Origin: Azolla caroliniana
Lineage: Eukaryota; Plantae; Polypodiophyta
Assembly: GCA_043228905.1 (NCBI GenBank)
Contig: JBHGNT010000016.1
Location: 5,580,001 to 5,644,000 of the forward strand
DNA: 64,000 nt
Direction: 5' to 3'
In this document: piece after piece, positions 1 through 13,902 of the stretch
How the letters are laid out: each line of letters opens with the position of its first letter
Position numbering within the stretch: the first letter of the stretch is position 1
The notes under the pieces: model-generated
Databases searched by the model: none
The model's input: only the letters and a program-made list of their open reading frames with translations
What the model was told of the DNA's origin: nothing
Made by a program: the position numbers and the translations under genes

Positions 1-1161
1 ACTTTGTCACACTTTACAAGCATGTAAATGTTCATTACATAGCTATTTGATTAGTGACCATGCTAAATGCTAAATTAAACATCACCATTATATAATTTAT
101 GTTCCTCATTAGTTATTTTCTATGTCTTTCTAGTAGTAACTAGCCCACCTTTGTATTTTTTTTCATGGACATGCCAAAGACCTAGGGTTGTTGCCATGCA
201 GTGTGAAACCATGGCCTTGTATAAAAACCTCATTTCATGAAGAATACCAGACATTTTCCTTAGGTCAAGTTTTAATTCCTTTGCATGAGTGAGAGAATTG
301 TTTTAACCTCTTTTTCTCTTTTATGTCTTACTCTTAATCTCTTCTTCATTCATAATTGGTGACCATATTGAAATTGAGAATTAATCAATCGCTTGGGAAA
401 AGAATTAGTAAGAACCCCATCTCCTTCCAAGCCTAATTGTCCTTAACATAACAGATCCAAGAAACTTCCTGTCGTCCTCAGTTTTAGTGGAAGGGTGAAA
501 TGTTCGCACTACTGCTGGGAATGGCACTTTTCAGAAGTTGAAGGCATTCCTTGCTTTTTTTTTAGAGGTTATTTGGCAGTAACCTTGTTTTCAAAGATAA
601 TAAGCACTGAAATTTTAGTAAGTATGAGTAAAAATGAAATGATGAGTGATTATTTTCTAAATTTCGATAACCTCTACAAAAGAAGAGGGGCAAGGAAATA
701 ACCATCACTGGGAAAACCTCACAAAGTATCATATTTAAAGTACACTAGAGCTTTTGTAAACAGAAATATTAAAATATATTGATCAAAAAATTTATGCTTC
801 TTACTATTTGAATTTCTTTCTAACAATTTCTTACAAAGTCAGTTTTTAATGAATTTTGTTTTCAAAAGCCCCAGTTGCATGTTCAGTATGGTATTTTGGG
901 GGGTTTAACGAATATTATTTCCTTCCCCTCTTTTTTTAGAGGTTATCTAACTTGAGACAAGAATCAATCATCATCACAGTTGTTAAAATTTCAGCCCTGT
1001 GTAACTCCAAATAAAGCACATGGTGAGAACAAGGAAATGGAGAGATAGTATGCTTCATAGTCTCACTAGGAAAGTACTCACCAACTTACTGAGACCCTAA
1101 GAACGGTCAGCTATACATAGGTAAATAGAGCTTACTGTATACCACCACTCAGCCACAAGCT

Positions 1162-1441
1162 GTAAGCCATAATTTTATTGACCAACTTACAAATTGTCAA
1201 ACATCATGAATTGCACCAATTGCAGAATGTAAGGATTGAACACATGACCTTTTGGTGTCTGTAGGACAGCAATGCAAAGTAAGTCGAGAGGAAGAAATGT
1301 CTAGACCTGATAGATGTAGCTCAGTTGCTAAGGCTGTCTAACAGAAACCAAAAGGTCATGTGTTCAACCCTTACATTCTGCAATTGGTGCAATTCATGAT
1401 ATTTGACTATTGGTACAAGGATAAATAAAATTATGGCTTAC
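1162..1441. repeat. Long imperfect inverted repeat built from two head-to-head copies of a tRNA-derived SINE-like sequence
   Basis: Left arm 1162-1270 (gtaagccataattttatt...catgaattgcaccaattgcagaatgtaagg...ggacagc) is the reverse complement of right arm 1333-1441. The right copy starts with GTAGCTCAGTTG (A box-like) and contains GTGTTCAACCC (B box-like). A related copy lies near 39040. Confidence 0.85.
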
Positions 1442-1599
1442 CACTAGGGTACAGGCACAAGACCAGAAAGGTAGCGATCTCCATAAACAGTCAAACTAAG
1501 GCACATTATATAAGAAAATATGGTACAGGAAGCTGATCAAAAACTGTGAATGTTCTCAAATTACTCAAAACCGGATTCAATTCCAGGGCTACATCCTGC

Positions 1600-2860
1600 T
1601 GAGGTTATTGAGGTTATTGGTCGTGAAAAAATTTGTCCTTGCCCTAGTTGAGGTTATTGATGGCCTCACTCTCCTGCGACACAATTATACAGGAGACAGT
1701 CTCTCTATCTCTCCATGTCAGCTTGCACTAGGAAGAGATCACCCTTAAAACTCATCCTAGTATCATTGGTTTGCAGTGGCTTGAGTTTCACAATCTAATG
1801 GTGGATTGGCGAGCTTGACCATCCACCCTGCCAAGAGTGTTGGGTGCCTCATCCTGCTTCCACTCCCATCTCTGGGTCCTTATTTTCATTCCTACAGAAT
1901 CTCTTGTTTCCTCGAAGTCTTATGCCCACCATTCCTCTTCAGGCTGATGCTTCTATTCACATAGGACTCTCCGAGACATTCCCACTCTTGTTTCTGTCCC
2001 TGGATTCATTCATGTTTTTTGTCTTAAGTATTATTTCTTCATGTCCCTCGCCTACCTTAATTCCTTCCTGTTTCCATGCAGCATCTTCAGGCTTATGCGC
2101 TCACCACTCTGGTTTTGACCAAGGAACGTAGCTGGATTTATGCTTTTGTGGCGACTCCGTTTTTCTGTGATGCTTGACACTTTTCGTTATATATCATCCT
2201 CAACATGCCCACCCACCCTTTGGAGCCCATTATGTCAACCTCACTCCTAACAAAATATAGCAATTTTTCCAATGTGTCTAAATGAGGGGCCCGAATCACT
2301 TTCTCTCCATTTGGACCAATCTACAAGCTTTCAGAGCCCATGCCCATCGTCCTCTGCACATACATTAGCAAAAATCTTGGAAAAGGCTTCATCCACCACT
2401 CTAAGGCCCTTCCCCAGCCACCCATCTTGTTTCCCAAAAAGAAATACAGATCACTACAGCTTTGTTTCAACTATGTGATCAAAACAAAATCTATATACCA
2501 GCAAATCTCCTTCTACACTTAGCATTGTAGATTGATACGCATAGACTTTTTTTCTTTTTCTTTTTAGCACTTACTGCCAAGCACTCTGTTGCATCCCAAC
2601 GGCCCGATCGAGTTTGCCAATGATTGGTATTCCTTACCACTGTGATCCATGAGCTTCTCAACTGTATCCAGACTTGGAGAGTCTTTTCCGAGATCAACCT
2701 ATATGGCATCTGCAACCAGGTTCATATTGAACCTGGCTGAGTGGAAGACTACCTTTCAAAACCCTCTATGGAAATTTTGAATACACACTCATGACATGTG
2801 GGCTTACTAATGTCCCAACAATCTTTCAACACATGATCAGCGACATTTTCTGGCATTCCT
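1600..2860 (+). mobile_element. Highly degenerate Ty3/Gypsy (chromovirus-like) protease/RT remnant
   Basis: 2680-2850 translates with frameshifts to an RT-like string (F.EINLYG..NQVHI..EWKTTF..YGNFEY.LM..GLTNVP.IFQHM..DIF) that parallels the RT at 42686-43366. Boundaries are approximate. Confidence 0.65.
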
Positions 2861-3225
2861 ACTCAAATTATAGTGTTGTAGACTAATTAAGTAATGCATA
2901 TCTTACACTAATGAAGGCTAGCATGGAAAGAAACACAAGCTAAGGATTAGATAGAAAAGAATTCTCTTTCAATGATAAAAAGCTCGCGCCACTTGGACCA
3001 CAAACCTATTTTAAGAATTTTCATGGCTCATAATGGAAATGAACTTACTTTGCAGCCCCTATGCATAATGTCCATGAAAACAATCATCTTAATCAATATA
3101 ATATTCACAGAGAAAGTATTGTATAGCTATTTCCAAGTTAAATAATAGCATTGATAACTTTGAGGAACTTGATTTACTTCAAATTTTAGATGTGGAGTAT
3201 AACAATGACCAATCACTTATGATAC

Positions 3226-6200
3226 CTGGGCCAATGATGGATTTGCAGTCCCTGAAAAAATCCGAAGACGTGTTGTATCACGAAAGTCACCCAAATTCAC
3301 ATATTTCAAATCTTTTGGATGGAGGAGTCCTTGAGGTTCTGAGTGTTTTATATTTTTCAATGATGGTAATGATTTTTCATTAAATACACCTGGATTGACA
3401 AGAGTGCATCTCTGCAAAAGAAATAATATTTTCAAAATAAATATAAAACACCTGGATACTCACATCTAGATATGTCTCGCAACATATTGTATGAACACAT
3501 TATAATGCTCTTAGTATAACCGATTTAGAGGGATAGCTTGAGATGCAAGGGCAAAGTACTTTTTGGATCCTCCTCTGGAAAGATTTCACATTCTTGCATA
3601 ACATGTTGAAAGAAAGAAAGAATCATATAATGAGTCCATTTGCCATCTAAAGATCTTTATCTCTTTGAGAACTCCAAATCTCCACTAGTTATCCAGCATA
3701 ATATACTTTATCATAGTGATCTTCAATTTAGCAAAGGAACAAAAATTGACCCATTCACTGTAATCCATAATAGATGGTTCTCATTTTACTTCGCCATAAT
3801 GACAGACAATTCATTCACCATAATAATGGATAAAACTGTTGGCAACTCCAGAACTGCACTCTCTTTCATCTTTATTATCTCTCTTCTATATTCTCTTTCT
3901 ACCAAGATTCTTCTCTCTAGAATCTGCAACTCTTTAAATGCCTTCTCCATCTAGAATTTGCAACGCTTTAAATGCATTCTCTCTCTTTCACTTTTCCAAG
4001 ATATTCCCTTATATTCCTCATTTATTATACCTGTTTGGTAGTACAAGAGTCACTTAACTACCAAACAACCATTTCACCCATGTTCCCTAATTTTGTATAA
4101 ATAGGCTATACCAAGATCTTTTGTAAGAACTTTTATTTTTTATGTTACTTGTAAGCAGGCTCTACTCTTTGCAACTATCTTTGCTACTGCTGTCTAGCAG
4201 CCTTCTCACAGCTTGGCTGTGTGTCTATTTTTTCTAACTGTTCCATTGCTGCTATTAACAGCTTTTCTCACATGGTATCAGAGCAGTGAGGTCTCCATAA
4301 CCTCAGCCTGTTTTTTTTTGCCAAAGAGCACACAGACCTATCTTCTTTTCTCCCACCCTTAAGAGGAATTTTTTCTTTTCATTGCAGCCTCCCTCCCAAC
4401 CCTATAGAGGAGGTTCTCTTCGCAGCCACCCTAAAGTGCTCAAGCTTCTAATGAAACGCTTCTCCATGCAAAAAGTAAAGGCAAGTGGACACAAAATGGC
4501 AACTCCTACAACAAACCCAATCCAAGACCACCAAACAACTCAGCCTACAAGGAGCTCACTTGTCATTATTGTGGCTACAAAGGTCACATTCAGCCCAATT
4601 ATCAGAAAAAGAAAAGGGACAATGCTAAGAAATCTTCTAACGAAAGTCAACCTACACCAAAATCAAACTCAGCCCACTCAGCCAAAGAAACAGTTTTCCT
4701 TGGCATTGAGGAACATTCTTCACATTTGGCTGGACCAACTACAAAGGTCACATTCAGCCCAATTGTCGGAAAAAGAAAAGGGACAATGCTAAGAAATCTT
4801 CTAACGAAAGTCAACCTACACCAAAATCAAACTCAGCCCACTCAGCCAAAGAAACAGTTCTCCTTGGCATTGAGGAACATTCTTCACATTTGGCTGGACC
4901 AACTACAAAGGTCACATTCAGCCCAATTGTCGAAAAAGAAAAGGGACAATGCTAAGAAATCTTCTACCGAAAGTCAACCTACACCGTTTTCCTTGGCATT
5001 GAGGAACATTCTTCACATTCTTCACATTTGGTTGGACCAACTACCTCAACCATTGATAAGTGGTTAGTAGACAGTGGTGCCAAACATGACTTATGACAAA
5101 TCCGTTCTACATGATGCAAAGCCTAGCTCCTCCCAAATGTGCAGAGGAGATGCCTCAAGCATTGAGGCTTTGTGTGTGGGTAATGTGTTTCTTAACACTT
5201 CTTCAAATGACGAACCTGTCGTTCTTCAAGATGTGCTACATGTGCCTCGCATCTCTGCCAACTTACCTTCGGTCTACCAAATCATTAAGCAAGGTTATGG
5301 ACTCTACTTTGATAGCTCAGTTTTGGAAGTCATTGACACCAACAACCAACGAATTGTAGCTAGTGGCACGCAAAAAGTTCCGACAGCCCCTTGGAAAAAT
5401 CCAAATCTCATCTTCTTCATGTTCTTCAAGGCTTTCACACCATGGTAGGACAAGAAAATCCCACGTTGTGGCATGCTAGGTTTGGTCATTTCAACTACGA
5501 TTCTCTTCAAAAGCTCTCCTCTTCACAGCTAGTTGCGGGTCTTCCTATTTTCAAAATTCCCCATACCCCATGTGTGGCTTGTCTTCATGCCAAGCAGCAT
5601 CGAGAGCCTTTCTCTTATCAAGCCACTCACCATGCAACATCTATCTTGGAGTTAGTGCACATGGATCATTGTGGTCCCATGAAAAGCACTACTCTTGGTG
5701 GTGCACCCTACTTCATGCTTATCATTGATAATTTCTCCCGTAAGGTTTGGGTTTATTTTCTTGTAGCTCCTGTCGAGAACGAGACATCAAAGCAAGTTCA
5801 AAAGATCAGGTCCAACAATGGTGGAGAATTTATCTTCCAAGCTTTCCATTGTTTTTGCTCTCAACAAGGCATTGCTCGCCAATTTTCTACACCCAATACT
5901 CCTCAACAAAATGGTGTTGTGGAGATGAAGAATCGGACAGTCCAAGAGATGGTTCATACAATGCTATCTCAATCTGATCTTCCTTTCTCATTTTGGGGTG
6001 ACGCTGTCAACACAGCAGTCTACATCATCAACTGCTGCCCAACAAAGCAGTTGCTCCAATGACCCCTCTAGAAGCATTTACAGATGTAAATCCCTCAGTT
6101 TCTCATTTTAAAGTTTTTTGGTTATGATGCTTATGTTCACATTTCCGATCATAAAAGGACTAAATTTGAGTCCAAAACCAAGAAATGCAAGTTTCTTGGT

Positions 6201-9200
6201 TATTGCACACAATCTAAAGCTTACAGGTTATGGGATTTAGAATCAAAGTTCCTAGTCATCTCTAGGGATTTTCATTTTGTGGAATCTAAGCTGGATGACT
6301 CTAGGCTTTCACCTGAGTTCACGGTTGAAATCCAGGTACTCCAGAATCTCCTACTTCAGGCGAAGATGTCTCACCTTCATGCCCCCAATCTCCTCCCACT
6401 CCTACTCAACATCTAACTTCGCCAACAATTCAAACCTCACCCTCAACTCCAATCGTTTCCCTTCTCTCTACACACCAGGTTCCACCACTTCCCAAGTGGA
6501 TTCAAGCCACCATTCGTGATTCCCATCTCTTCAATGCTGAACTTCATGAGTATACATCTGGTTCTCCGACCAACATGAAAAAAACACGCAGGTTACAACG
6601 GCCTCTTCACTCATGCAACTTTGCCTTACAGTGTGCACTGTTGTGCAATCACAAGAAACCACTACAGCAAAAGAGGCCCTTGTTCTTCCAAAGTGAAAAG
6701 CAACAATGGAAGTTGAACTTAATTCCATTGAGCGGAATCATACATGGGAGCTGGTTCCTCGGCCTCAACATAGGCAAGTCATTCGATTGAAATGGATTTT
6801 CAAGACCAAGTACCATGCTGATGGTACTCTAGATAAGCATAAGGGACGTCTAGTTGCAAAAGGCTACTCACAAGTGGAAGGAGTGGACTACGAGGAAACT
6901 TTTGCTCCAACAACAAGGTACACCTCTATTCGATGTGCGCTTGCACTTGCTGCTCACAACAAATGGCCCATCTTTCAAATGGATGTCAAGTTAGCCTTCC
7001 TTATGGTCACTTGAAAGAGGAAGTTTATGTAGAACAACCTCCAGGTTTCGAGATTTCAGCGCGGAAAAACATGGTCTACAGGTTAGACAAAGCCTTGTAT
7101 GGCTTAAAGCAAGCTCCCAAAGCTTGGCATGACAAAATTGATACCTTCTTTCTCTCCCCTTGGGTTTCAGCACTATTATGCTGACAGCAATCTCTATGTC
7201 TTTTCCCAAGATAATTTGTTATGCTTTGGTCATATTATATGTTGATGATCTTCTAATTACAGGGTCCCTTACTTCTAAAATCGAGGACCTCCACGTTGAC
7301 CTTAAAACCACATTCGAAATGATTGATCTAGGACTTCTCCATTACTTCATAGGTACGGAGGTCTGTCATCACATGGTGATATCTTCCTCAACCAACATAG
7401 GTATCTCAGGCAGCTCCTTGAGACCTATAGCATGTCAAATTGCAAGCCACTCTCCTGTCCAATGGATCCAAACTCAAAGCTATCTCGTGAAGACGATTCT
7501 CTCATATTTGAAGATGTCATGAAATATAGAAGGTTAATTGGGTCTCTTCTTCACTTAACTTACACCAAGCCTAATTTGTCCTATAGTGTGAGTATTCTCA
7601 GCCAATTCTCAAGTGCTCCAAGACAAAGTCATTGGCAAGCAGCTATTCGAGTTCTTGGGTATTTGGCCAACACACTCGACTATGGTCTCTCTTTTAGAGG
7701 CAGCATTGAGCTTGTTGACTACTCCGACGCTGATTGGGCAGGTGATATTGATTCTAGAAGGTCCACATCTGGCTATTGTTTTATGTTAGACTCAGGCTTA
7801 ATTTCTCAGAAAATCAAAGAAGCAAAACTCAGTTTCTACTTAAGCAATGGAAGCTGAATATCGAGCACACTTGGATACTTGCTGTGAGTTGCTATGGTTA
7901 ATGCAATTGTTTCGTCACATTGGTGTTTTACAAGACTTTCCTATTTCAGTTTTCACCGACAGCCAAACTGCATGTGCATTGGCACATAGCTCAGCATTTC
8001 ATGGTAGAACAAAACATATTGAAGTGCACTACCATTTTGTTCATGAATTAGTGAAATCACAAGTTGTCCTACTCAAGAAAATGTGGCCGATTTGTTTACT
8101 AAGCCACTTCCAACCCAAGCCATTGATCAACTCAATGTTGGACCACCGTTCTGGAGCTGAGAGGAGGTGTTGGAGGGTGGCAGCTCCAGACCTGCACTCT
8201 CTTTCATCTTTATTATCTCTCTTCTACATTATCTCTCTACCTAAAGTCTTCTCTCTCTAGAATCTGCAACTCTTTAAATGCCTTCTCTCTCTTCCACTTC
8301 TTCCAAGATATTCCCTCTTATTCCTAGTACCTATTTGGTAGTACAAGAGTCACTTGACTACCAAACAACCATTTCACCCACGTTCCCCAATTTTGTATAA
8401 ATAGGCTATACGAGCCTCTTTGTAAGAACTTTATTTTTGCTGCTACTTGAAAACAGGCTCTACTCTTTGGCTATGTCTCTACTCTTTGCAACTATTTTTG
8501 CTACTGCTGTCTAACAGCCTTCTCGCAGCTTGGCTGTGTGTCTATTTTTTCTAACAATTATTCCGTTGCTGCTATTAACAGCTTTTCTCACAATACTATA
8601 GGGCTACTCCCATCTACTTTCTGCCAAAGAGAAAGGGTGGAGTTGTGGCCAGTAAGGAAGTGGATAGCGTAAGATTTGCAAGTCTCTAACAACTGAGTTC
8701 AAATGTGGATGCATCGAGAAACACTTGGTTTGTGGAGCAAGTCAAAGGATGAGCCCAAGGAATTCGTTCTCGAACTTAAGGGATATCATATGAGAAGACT
8801 CAAGGGGGTGAAACAAAGTGCTTACACATCGTATTTCTAATCCCTTAATCTATCAGAATTTATTGTCAATTCTCGAGGTTCGAGGATGCTGGATATGAGG
8901 TAGTCTTTTGCGAGTCATGAGCTCAAATCTACAATACCACCAGCCAAAGAGTTGGGTTCCCAATATTGATCCATGTGTTGTGTGTGGATGATCTAGTTCT
9001 CTCAGGAAATATTGAGATTGATTTGGATCCAATTACATAGAGGCTGAGATTTGAGTTCAAGATGATGGATCTAGGTTTGCTGCACTTCTCTCATGTTTAT
9101 GGAGGTCAACCTGAAAGTTGTAGAAGATTGGGAGAGACAGGATAAATATCAGACATTGGCCAACAGCCTCCCTTATATTTATGCAATACAAGAGCAAAAT

Positions 9201-10610
9201 TAGCTTATTGATGGGAGTGTTTTCAAAGTTCACAGCAAGTTTGGATGCATCCTCCAAGGTGCTGTTATCATTCTAATTGCGCATAGGATCCAGGGAACAA
9301 TAGGTCAACTATCGGATTCTGGTTTTTCCTTGGAGACTAGAATATTTTCTTGGACAAGGAAAAAGCTACCAAGTGTCTTCTCGTCCTCAATAAATGCAGA
9401 ATACAAGGAGGCATGCTATGCAAGACATGAAGAAATGTGGCTATCAATGCTTCTAGCAGAAATCAAGATGCCAACTAAGGGGAAGCCAACACAGATATCA
9501 TATGATAGCCAGACTTGCAATATTGAGATCCAACAAAAGACAGACTCAAATGATGCAAACATTTGGGCAACTGAATGGTTGGAAAGCTCAAAGAGAATAA
9601 TGCAAGAATCCATAAAGTCAAATGATTATGGAGTTCATCACATAAAAGATGAGACAAAATCCAAATTGAATCAGATGATGTGATTGGTGTATGTAAATTG
9701 CTTGAGAGCAGTTTTGGTGTGAAGAAAACCCAACGACCCTCACATCTGCAGTCAATAGAAAGGAGGTGCATTGAATATGGTAGATGGATTAACCATTGGT
9801 TCTAACAATCCATTTACGTAAACGAGCCTTAGAATATATCATGGGTTAGCTCTCATTTCACCCATCGAATTGTATCTATATATCCTCGCTTAGGAGCACA
9901 CGAGCTCGCTCTGTTAATAAAATGTTAATCTTTGTTTTCTACATTGTCAACTCTGCGCCAAATATCTTTCTATGCATCCTCTCATTTTCAGCAGGATACA
10001 GCAAGAGGCCATCATTATTTGCCACACTATGAATGGTTCATTTGCTATAATAATGGATAATTCATTCATTATAGCAGTAGGTGATTTATACGCCATAGGA
10101 ACGAATGGAGGGTCCATTCTCCATGGTAAATGGATAATTCATATGCAATAGAAATGGATGGTTTCTTTTCTAATAATGGATGGTTTCTTCCTCCCATAAT
10201 TGTGGTGAACAAACAATCCATTACCATTACCATTCTTATGGTGAAGGAACATTCACTATTATGATGAAAGAACCATCCATATATTATGGATGGAAGAATC
10301 ACATCCATATGTTAATGCCAAAGAACCATATCCATCAAATGACGAAATCATGTTCACCCTGGTTTTGTTTTGGCCATACTAATGGATGATTTGCTTCCCT
10401 TTTGTGAAGCCACAATACAGTCTACATGCAGGAAGAGAGAGAGAAAGCTACCGTAGAGATACACAAGCGTCGGTTTGCTGAGGTCCAAGATGGGCGCCAC
10501 CGCTGCTGACATGATGATCTGGAGAGAGGTAACAATCTGTGTGTGGAAGGAGAAGAAGATGATAAGGAAGAGGAAGAGGAAGATGGGAAAAACATGGCAG
10601 AGAAGGCCAT
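3226..10610 (-). CDS. PRS: Plastid ribose-phosphate pyrophosphokinase (PRPP synthetase, PRS1/2-like), 5' part: exon 1 10610-10452, exon 2 3411-3226. Further exons not seen, presumably left of the window.
   Basis: Exon 2 encodes ...DTTRLRIFSGTANPSLAQ, the N-terminal catalytic-domain motif of plant PRS, bounded by tgcag| and |gtatca. Exon 1 is a Ser-rich transit peptide of 53 codons ending ACG|gtag. It joins in phase 0 to give ...CIST-RCTLVN. Confidence 0.8.
3837..8592 (+). mobile_element. Ty1/Copia LTR retrotransposon with both LTRs, gag largely deleted and pol frameshifted, inside PRS intron 1
   Basis: 5' LTR 3837-4272 and 3' LTR 8168-8592 (TG...CA). PBS tggtatcagagc (tRNA-iMet) at 4273-4284. 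PPT tgagaggagg before the 3' LTR. Motifs: zinc knuckle CHYCGYKGH, GAG-pre-integrase LWHARFGH, integrase TPQQNGVVE, RT LYVDDLL, RNase H YSDADWAGD and TKHIEVHYHF. No clean TSD. Confidence 0.93.
4575..5045 (+). repeat. About 164-bp tandem triplication inside the Copia gag end
   Basis: ctacaaaggtcacattcagcccaatt recurs at 4575, 4739 and 4903 with near-identical following sequence. Confidence 0.9.
8593..9943 (+). mobile_element. Older, heavily deleted Copia remnant (RNase H fragment and probable 3' LTR ~9771-9943)
   Basis: ORF 9330-9683 reads SSSINAEYK...MWLSMLLAEI...QISYDSQ, a degenerate Copia RNase H. A purine tract gaaaggaggtg precedes a segment ending ...ttctaca. Confidence 0.55.
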
Positions 10611-11500
10611 GTCTCAGCCCTCTTTCTCTCCCCTCTCTCTGTCTCTGTCTCTGTCTCTGTCTANNNNNNNNNNNNNNNNNNNNNNNNNNNNNNNNNNNNN
10701 NNNNNNNNNNNNNNNNNNNNNNNNNNNNNNNNNNNNNNNNNNNNNNNNNNNNNNNNNNNNNNNAATCTTTGTTTTCTACATTGTCAACTCTGCGCCAAAT
10801 ATCTTTCTATGCATCCTCTCATTTTCAGCAGGATACAGCAAGAGGCCATCATTATTTGCCACACTATGAATGGTTCATTTGCTATAATAATGGATAATTC
10901 ATTCATTATAGCAGTAGGTGATTTATACGCCATAGGAACGAATGGAGGGTCCATTCTCCATGGTAAATGGATAATTCATATGCAATAGAAATGGATGGTT
11001 TCTTTTCTAATAATGGATGGTTTCTTCCTCCCATAATTGTGGTGAACAAACAATCCATTACCATTACCATTCTTATGGTGAAGGAACATTCACTATTATG
11101 ATGAAAGAACCATCCATATATTATGGATGGAAGAATCACATCCATATGTTAATGCCAAAGAACCATATCCATCAAATGACGAAATCATGTTCACCCTGGT
11201 TTTGTTTTGGCCATACTAATGGATGATTTGCTTCCCTTTCGTGAAGCCACAATACAGTCTACATGCAGGAAGAGAGAGAGAAAGCTACCGTAGAGATACA
11301 CAAGCGTCGGTTTGCTGAGGTCCAAGATGGGCGCCACCGCTGCTGACATGATGATCTGGAGAGAGGTAACAATCTGTGTGTGGAAGGAGAAGAAGATGAT
11401 AAGGAAGAGGAAGAGGAAGATGGGAAAAACATGGCAGAGAAGGCCATGTCTCAGCCCTCTTTCTCTCCCCTCTCTCTGTCTCTGTCTCTGTCTCTGTCTC
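9927..11500. repeat. Near-identical ~737-bp duplication (9927-10663 and 10764-11500) flanking a 100-N scaffold gap; contains a second copy of PRS exon 1 (11447-11289)
   Basis: Offset 837 bp. The only internal difference seen is T/C at 10403/11240. Ns occupy 10664-10763. Confidence 0.92.
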
Positions 11501-11829
11501 TGTCTGAATGATCTGCTACAGGCGCACAAACATATACATACATACAGACACACACATTGATGATGCTTTGATTTTCTGTGTTTAAAGAAGAAATCAAATT
11601 CTCTGAGAATTTCTGTTTGTTTTTTTTTTTTATCTCCCCCCAAATTAACACACAAAACACAATGTTTTCCTCCTTATCTTCTCTCTTCTTATCAATCACA
11701 TTTATCTTCTCCTTTCTTATCAATCGGATTTATCTTCTCTCTTCTTATCGATCGGAAGTTCCGGTCATTCAATAATGAGCATTTATAGGGGGGGCAAATC
11801 GGAAATTACAGTAAACGAGTCGGAGGGGT

Positions 11830-12250
11830 CCTCTTGGGATTTCTCTGCTCTTACCATTATCCGAGAATTAGGGTTTCAACTATATGGTTTGGTTTAGTGT
11901 GACCGAGGGGAGGTACCATTCATCGATAGCTTGCATTGACCCGTTATCTTCTTACGATCATTGTAGGTCTCTTGGTATGTGTATATGGATCCTTGGGAAT
12001 TCTCTCCTCTTACCATTATCCGAGAATTAGGGTTTCAACTCTATGGTTTGGTTTCGCGTGATTAGGAGGGGGGGGGGGGGGGGGGGGGGGGGGCGCATTC
12101 ATTGATAGCTTGCATTGACCATTATCTTCTTAGAATCGTTGTAGGCCTCTTGGTCTGTCTATATCGACTTTCATTCATTGATAGCTTGCATTGACCATTA
12201 TCTTCTTAGAATCGTTGTAGGCCTCTTGGTCTGTCTATATCGACTTTGCA
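11830..12250. repeat. Degenerate tandem duplications with a poly-G tract upstream of PRS
   Basis: ctcttaccattatccgagaattagggtttcaac occurs twice and cattgatagcttgcattgacc...gtagg three times. G run at ~12067-12093. Confidence 0.75.
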
Positions 12251-13902
12251 CTGCCCATGACAAACCCCTTGTTTTTTTGTTGACATGCACAAATGCACTT
12301 AAACCTCACAACCACGTTATACTGCTAGTTAAGGAGCTTCGATTATTTCGCACCCCGACGATCACAAGGCATTTCCGAAGCCACGTTCCGTCTTAGACAC
12401 TTTTGCTCTGAGTTCGTCTTGATGTCGGAGATATATTCTAATGTAAAACAGGAAAATAAGGAAATTGATAAGAAAAGAAAGAGACTGAGAGAGAATTGTC
12501 GATCTACCTGACCACCCTCAAGCCCTAAATGGGGCCCCATACCACCTTTATGGTCTTCGAATCGTACCTAGTACTAGCATGTGCTCGCTGCAAGAGTCTG
12601 TTCACCATGAGATCACGATTTTGACATAGTTGAATGATCCCCCAATGAGGTTGGTTAGGCCTCATATTTATGCCAAACGTAGGGCCCCCAAGCAAGTTCA
12701 CACTTGGCCTTCAAGGGTTGTCTCAATCCCTAGGATTAAAAGTAATCCTCCCTCTTTACATTCTCAAATAACCCTCGCACTCTTATCCTCATGTGTAGAA
12801 AACTACGATACAAACTTCCATATGTGAATGTCATTATTGGTAAATAGTATGTGTATCACCTAGGTTTCCTACTAACGTTGGCCTAGCCATTTCACACTTG
12901 TAAAACAACCAATGGACGTCACATTGACGAGTTTTCTATTTTAGATGCTTTAAATAATCATGTGAGGAATGTCATTATATTTGTATATGTGAATGTCATA
13001 AACAATGCAACAATATGTGCTTAAGCACAATATTAACACATTGCCTTCATACAATACGGTTTAACTTGGACACTAAAATTGCCATATTTTCCATAGAACA
13101 ATGAGTGAAAACAAAACCGCATTACAACCCGTGACACTATGTTTGTTGTCACAAAAAACAACAATATATTGGTTTGGGTGAAATTGTTTTCGGATCTAGG
13201 AATTGTTCTATGGAAGCTTGAAACTTTAGCTATCCATTGAATCAACATTAATAGCGCCAACACTACTCCGTGTTTCCGAATATTGGGCCTGTTTTTAACA
13301 CTCAAACCTTGGTTCATACACAACTTAAACAACTCAACATATTGATGAACACCATATTCAAATGGATTTAATGAGGTTAAATAAGGATTCAATATGACTG
13401 CATGAAAAAAAGCGAAGTAGTATTGTAAGAAAAGAGGATACAAAATGTGTCTTTGCTTAGAGATGCAGTGAGTCCTGTTAAGAGGCTACATGTGTGGAAA
13501 TAAAGTAGAGCACTTGTCTTTATTAAGCAAGACCTCTAATAAGTACCATTTTCAACAAAACATTGCCTTGTATTGCAAAGTAGTTGTTGATCTTAATCTC
13601 TAAACCTACTCCATTCATTCTAACCATCATGGTGATTGAATATGTTGAACACCACAAAAACCCCTCGTGTCCACAGTTCAATTCCATGCACTCATTGTCA
13701 ACTAACATCGGTGGTGTATATGGTATACCTCCATTTGATGCCACTTGTGCACATATGTATAGATGAACTGGGAAAATAAGTGCTCGCTCACATTCACGTG
13801 CCAACACATTGTGCCAAAACGTTTTATTTCATGGATATCGGTGGCAATAATAAGCTAATAAGCTATGGTACATTTGATACACGACTTGGCAAGACATCAT
13901 CC

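Noticed and set aside
9927-11500. Apparent tandem duplication of the PRS first exon (alternative transit-peptide exons)
   Set aside because: The copies are essentially identical, flank a standard 100-N gap, and the first copy ends in a microsatellite. Most likely an unmerged contig or haplotype overlap.
12840-13810. ORFs of 94-136 aa between PRS and DXS
   Set aside because: No recognisable motif or consistent splice structure. Possibly decayed TE, but not assignable.
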